DNA from: Pavona decussata | Lineage: Eukaryota | NCBI GenBank assembly: GCA_977016875.1 | Contig: CDRNST010000064.1 | Location: forward strand, 186,001 to 250,000 | DNA length: 64,000 nt | Direction: 5' to 3' | Shown here: positions 62,010 to 64,000 of the stretch, piece after piece | Numbering within the stretch: the stretch's first letter is position 1 | Layout: every line of letters starts with the position of its first letter | The notes under the pieces: generated by a model | What the model was told of the DNA's origin: nothing | Database searches by the model: none | What the model saw: the letters and a program-made list of their open reading frames with translations, nothing else | Position numbers and translations under genes: made by a program

Positions 62010-63149
62010 CTAGAGATTATGATCGAAAGAAAGATGGAGGAAGTATAATCTAAATAACCAACCTCATTTACATTGTATTTCCCCTCCCCTCCCCTTTACT
62101 CTTGACGAAACGGAAAGCTACAACATTTTCTTGATTAAACGTCCGGTCATTTTTCAAAATCTCGGTTTCTTGGCACTAGAGTTTATTTTAACCTGGTGAT
62201 TACTAGTATTCAGGGCCTGGTACCAGCATTTTCTCTTCTACTTGGATTTTGCTAAATTGTAAGCAAAATAACAACCAGGCAGGAACACTGAAGTGAACCC
62301 TGATGTCTTTGTCACTGTGAGGAGATGTTCACCTTATGAAACATATCAGTTTACAAATCGCGTCTTCCGTGCTACTGCGCAACGTTCTGCGCATCTCGCG
62401 ATGTTCGAGATATATAGAGTTTGAGATAATAATTCAAAGGTACTTTTTTCGCGGCTGACGACCATGTGGGAAAAAACAGCTCTGAACAAATGCTGGAATC
62501 CAAAGAGTGAACTGAGGGGTAATTAAGCATTTTTAAGAAACAATGAAACTTCAAACTGGAAAAAAATACCATATGTAGACAGTACATAGAAAACGTGATC
62601 AGCTTCTGCGGCGATCAAGAGAAGAAACTGTTTAAGAAATTATTAATTCAACTCGGTTCTCTACTTGAAATACGAATGAACTGATAAAAGGCTAAAAGGT
62701 GTTACATCTCTAATTTGAAAATTACAGATCAACTTACCGCTTCAACGGCTCATTAAGTCACGCAAAATACAAAATTTTCACACCAAGATAATTTCATGTT
62801 CCCTTCTTTTTCTTTACATAAAGATTTAGAGGTTATCCCAAAGATTTTAATGCGCATTGCATTGTTAGTGAACTAAACTTTCGAAGCCGGGTGAACTGGC
62901 AACAAGTAATTTCGAGCGGCCAAGATAACTCGATATTGCCCTGTTGGGTACGCTTGTTCGTGTAACCAGCCATATAATAAATGGCAATAATGCAAATACA
63001 TAATATCTGAGGGAGCCAGCTGCTCATTACATACCATTTCTTTTAAACCTCGATTTTTAATACTTGTGAGCAACTTGGTAGATGCGAGATGTAAATACCC
63101 TGTAACACACTTAAATAAGAAACAGGATTGACTGCCAATATATACCTAC

Positions 63150-64000
63150 CTAAAGACACTTTCGAAATGCTCTGACACTGACAGAAGTGGTTTGTCCTCT
63201 CCTGTCTCTCCTCTCAATATGCACAGCTTAATTACTGTTTTGTAGCACACCAAATGGATGAAATAATTTTCGTCAAGAGCAAATTCGGCTTCATTAACGT
63301 ACAATTCGTACTCATTGGTTCTTTTGGGATCTGATAGCCACTTTCCAAAGAGAACAACAAGTCGGCAAAAAAGTCCAAAAGGAACATAATTTGTCCCAAC
63401 AAAAGTGAGGTACAGTGGGGCAGAGCAGGCAGCTGTTTTCTTAGATGCAGCAATTGCCTCTTTGCTAGGTGTTGTTAGCATGCATGGGACAAGAGTAAGT
63501 GAACTTCCAGGTTCGCTTCCTGGCCACTCGCATATTAGATTGAACTTATCCATCAAGGAAATGAACAAGTGTTTAATGGGAGGTAGTTTCTCATTTTCAC
63601 AGGCATAATCAAGCAGGCTACTGGTAAGGATTCCTTTCTCTTGTAATTTTTCGCGATCTTGGGCAACAGACATCCTCTCGTCATCAGAGGGCGTCACATT
63701 TATTATCCGACAAAGAACATTTATGAGCCACTGGGGATCCAAGACAACAAGACCATCGTCACCAGAATGTTCATGGTAAACTATTGAACCATGGGCATGG
63801 AGAAAGTGTAAAAGTGCATCAAAGTCTTCCTCGCTGTCATATTTACAGAATTTTGACGCAATCTCATCTTTAAAGGTTTTTGTGTCGACATACTTCCTGA
63901 CGGCACTTTCCTTTATAATTTCTTTCTCCACATGATGCCATTGTAAGGGGATCTCTTTCTTTGTATGCAGCATCTCCTTGGCATAACCCAGAATTTCATC
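63150..64000 (-). CDS. ROCO-family protein, large COR-domain exon (open to window edge)
   Basis: EIPLQW..VE...; LLHFLHAHGSIVY; LVVLDPQWLINVLCRII; LMDKFNLI; LVPCML; VPFGLFCRLVV are hallmark COR motifs. Donor TTTAG|gtaggt at 63150. Confidence 0.93.

Overview
Eukaryotic, intron-rich, transposon-dense genomic DNA. The repeat families look like those of a stony coral or other cnidarian; this is inferred from recognition, not a database search. Host genes are all on the minus strand. (1) A secreted or surface CUB-domain protein gene, reconstructed by hand from 9 in-frame coding exons over 12195-44081: signal peptide, four 72-nt Pro/Thr/Ser-rich exons, CUB1, linker and the first half of CUB2; it presumably continues left of the window. 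(2) A disrupted Tctex1-type dynein light chain sequence at 53003-53320. (3) The 3' part of a ROCO-family gene (COR, Cys-rich segment, death domain) at 58618 to beyond 64000. The introns are filled with decayed elements: a Gypsy LTR retrotransposon with an extra env-like ORF, a DIRS element with a methyltransferase-like domain, a Penelope-like RT with no C-terminal endonuclease, duplicated BEL/Pao copies, an L2-like LINE 3' end, a tRNA-derived SINE, several MITEs and a 2.9-kb 50-bp satellite with a 549-bp higher-order repeat. The most notable items are the env-like third ORF, a 188-bp hairpin carrying a minimal hammerhead ribozyme on each strand, the exon-duplication history of the CUB gene with a frame-compatible 10-nt microexon, and an upstream ~1.8-kb repeat array in which one ~0.9-kb segment is inverted. 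No prokaryotic features or CRISPR arrays were seen.
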